From: Eledone cirrhosa
Taxonomy: Eukaryota
DNA length: 64,000 nt
Direction: 5' to 3'
Assembly: GCA_964016885.1 (NCBI GenBank)
Contig: OZ024753.1
Span: forward strand, 19,158,001-19,222,000
Positions 61,476 to 64,000 of the stretch are shown in pieces; the first letter of the stretch is position 1, and each line of letters begins with the position of its first letter. The position numbers and the translations under genes were made by a program. The notes beneath the pieces were generated by a model, which was given only the letters and a program-made list of their open reading frames with translations, made no database searches and was not told the origin of the DNA.

Positions 61476-62558
61476 TTCCCTTGCTTTTATCGAGAATCTA
61501 ATTGTAATACGTGACGTATTCTATTCTATAGCGATTAGGTCTTCAAAATGTTTATTATAAACATACAGAATATTTTCGAATATTCTATGTCTATATTCAC
61601 ATATATATCGCTATTTCAGAGCATTTATTTCAATTTCTAATTTCTGCCGGACCGGCAACCGCTCTTTCAAACCAGTTCCTGTACACAGCTAAGTATTCTA
61701 TAAGTCTCTAGCTGTGTCATTCTCGATAAAAGCACTGGATATGTAGTCCTGATGATTTCTAACAAGAATGAAACGCGTAGATTACTTCCCTTGCTTTTAT
61801 CGAGAATCTAATTGTAATACGTGACGTATTCTATTCTATAGCGATTAGGTCTTCAAAATGTTTATTATAAACATACAGAATATTTTCGAATATTCTATGT
61901 CTATATTCACATATATATCGCTATTTCAGAGCATTTATTCCAATTTCTAATTTCTGCCGGACCGGCAACCGCTCTTTCAAACCAGTTCCTGTACACAGCT
62001 AAGTATTCTATAAGTCTCTAGCTGTGTCATTCTCGATAAAAGCACTGGATATGTAGTCCTGATGATTTCTAACAAGAATGAAACGCGTAGATTACTTCCC
62101 TTGCTTTTATCGAGAATCTAATTGTAATACGTGACGTATTCTATTCTATAGCGATTAGGTCTTCAAAATGTTTATTATAAACATACAGAATATTTTCGAA
62201 TATTCTATGTCTATATTCACATATATATCGCTATTTCAGAGCATTTATTCCAATTTCTAATTTCTGCCGGACCGGCAACCGCTCTTTCAAACCAGTTCCT
62301 GTACACAGCTAAGTATTCTATAAGTCTCTAGCTGTGTCATTCTCGATAAAAGCACTGGATATGTAGTCCTGATGATTTCTAACAAGAATGAAACGCGTAG
62401 ATTACTTCCCTTGCTTTTATCGAGAATCTAATTGTAATACGTGACGTATTCTATTCTATAGCGATTAGGTCTTCAAAATGTTTATTATAAACATACAGAA
62501 TATTTTCGAATATTCTATGTCTATATTCACATATATATCGCTATTTCAGAGCATTTAT

Positions 62559-62615
<57 letters not shown>

Positions 62616-62810
62616 AAAGTTCTATTTAAAATTCTTGGGATACAACAAGTAAATATTTTTATAACTAATATAAAGCACTCGACAAGTATTTGGAGTAGAT
62701 GTACGATATCAATAAATGGAAACTATATTTATAAAACAATATATTTATTTCATTATACATATTTCAGGGATACCAAATTAAATATATTGTATATACCAAA
62801 TTATATATTG

Positions 62811-62875
62811 TATTTTGTCTGATGAAGGCATACCATAATTTAATTTGGTATCCCTGAAATATGTATAATGAAATA
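62811..62875 (+). ncRNA. Type I hammerhead inside a fold-back (62702-62793 / 62839-62917)
   Basis: tattttgt-CTGATGA-aggcatacca...tggtatccct-GAAA-tatgta-TA-atgaaata. Confidence 0.85.
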
Positions 62876-63189
62876 AATATGGTTTTATAAATATAGTTTC
62901 CATTTATTAATATCGTATATATATATATATATATTTCGTTTCTGAATTTGTTTAGCAAGATTCTTTATCTGAAATCGTGTGTTGAAACCGATATTGTTCT
63001 ACTTTGGGAGGGTCATGTTGCCAATAAGAAACACACGCACCAGTTGCTTTCACTTCAATTTATTATAATAAATGTATAATAAATTAATAAATTTATTTAT
63101 AAATTTCAGGTTGGTTGGTTGGTTCCACAACCAGATAGTTGTTTATATATAGTCATAGTTCTTTCGCCACACACTCATTGCTAGTAACT

Positions 63190-64000
63190 ACAGACTGTCC
63201 TACTTCCTCTCCCTGATCATACGCCCCATCATTGAAATGTCCCCAGATGAATGTGACAGCACGGATGACCTCCTCAGCAGAATCGGCGTGAGTAACCGAT
63301 CTAGGGACCTAGCAAACTGCATAATAGGTAGTGTGGATGTTGTGTCCCTGTATCCATCTATTGACGTGGATTTTGCTGTGGAGAAATGCGTAGAAATGAT
63401 CAGTGAGAGCAATGTTGAGTTTCGTGGGATTGATACCAGTGAGCTGGGACTCCTACTTAAACTTACCTATAGTAATAATTACCTAGACACATACGACCTT
63501 AGCAACCTGTGCCCTACAAGACCAGCAAGAGGCAGACCACCTACCATTATCTCAATGGCCAAGAAAACCCACACAGATAGATGAAACGGGTGGACCAGAG
63601 CCATACGGACACCCGAAAACCACGATGAACTGAAGAAAATGATTGCACATGCGGTAGGGGCCAGCATAAAACTAACCCTTAGGAACATATGTTCAAATTT
63701 AATGGAAAAACATATGCCCAAGAAGAAGGAGCAGCCATTGGTGTTAGCATTGCAGGCGACATAGCTAACTTATTCATGGTATGTTGGGACAGTAGACTTA
63801 AACTTAAACTTAAAGAACAATTAGAAGACCCCTTAACCCTGATAATGTACTCCCGCTACGTTGATGATATAAACATCGTAGTTAAGACACCCCCACTAGA
63901 GAACAGTCAGGAACTAGAGAAAAACAAAATGGAAAGCATCCAGCAAATAGCTAACTCCATCCACCAGAGCATTAGAGTTACTATAGACTACCCAAGTAAA
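63190..64000 (+). pseudogene. PLE-type RT fragment (runs off window); one TGA (63582) and one frameshift (~63686)
   Basis: RPII, GSVDVVSLYPSID, FKFNGKTYAQEEGAAIG...ANLFM, SRYVDD. Confidence 0.8.

Larger units (their letters stand above)
60345..62564. mobile_element. Retrozyme-like array: 310-bp units, ~3.2 on minus then ~4 on plus, one hammerhead per unit
   Basis: Exact 310-bp period (GTGAATATAG at 60351, 60661, 60971, 61281); orientation flips at 61332/61333; (TA)n on both flanks; no ORF. Confidence 0.92.

Overview
AT-rich eukaryotic (animal) repetitive DNA. The SINE types and dense (TA)n/(CA)n microsatellites suggest an octopus/cephalopod (inference). I found no recognisable host gene. The window is almost entirely retroelements, most flanked by (TA)n: five Penelope-like elements (PLEs; three Hydra-like, one Neptune-like, one RT with a long fingers insertion), two near-identical Tx1/L1-type LINEs, a 5'-inverted RTE-type LINE, an internally deleted mariner and two tRNA-derived SINE families. 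The main signal the ORF track does not show is about 30 type I hammerhead ribozyme (HHR) motifs read by eye (stem I-CUGANGA-stem II-GAAA-stem III-UH-stem I). They lie in PLE pseudo-LTRs and in non-coding tandem units of about 310, 441, 514, 633 and 720 bp. The clearest is a >99% identical 310-bp array with 7 HHRs in two divergent arms (60345-62564), which looks like a young retrozyme (non-coding, ribozyme-processed, probably circular-RNA retroelement mobilised by PLEs). Most HHR and PLE insertions are fold-backs with both 3' ends pointing outward. All RNA folds were assigned by hand, not computed.
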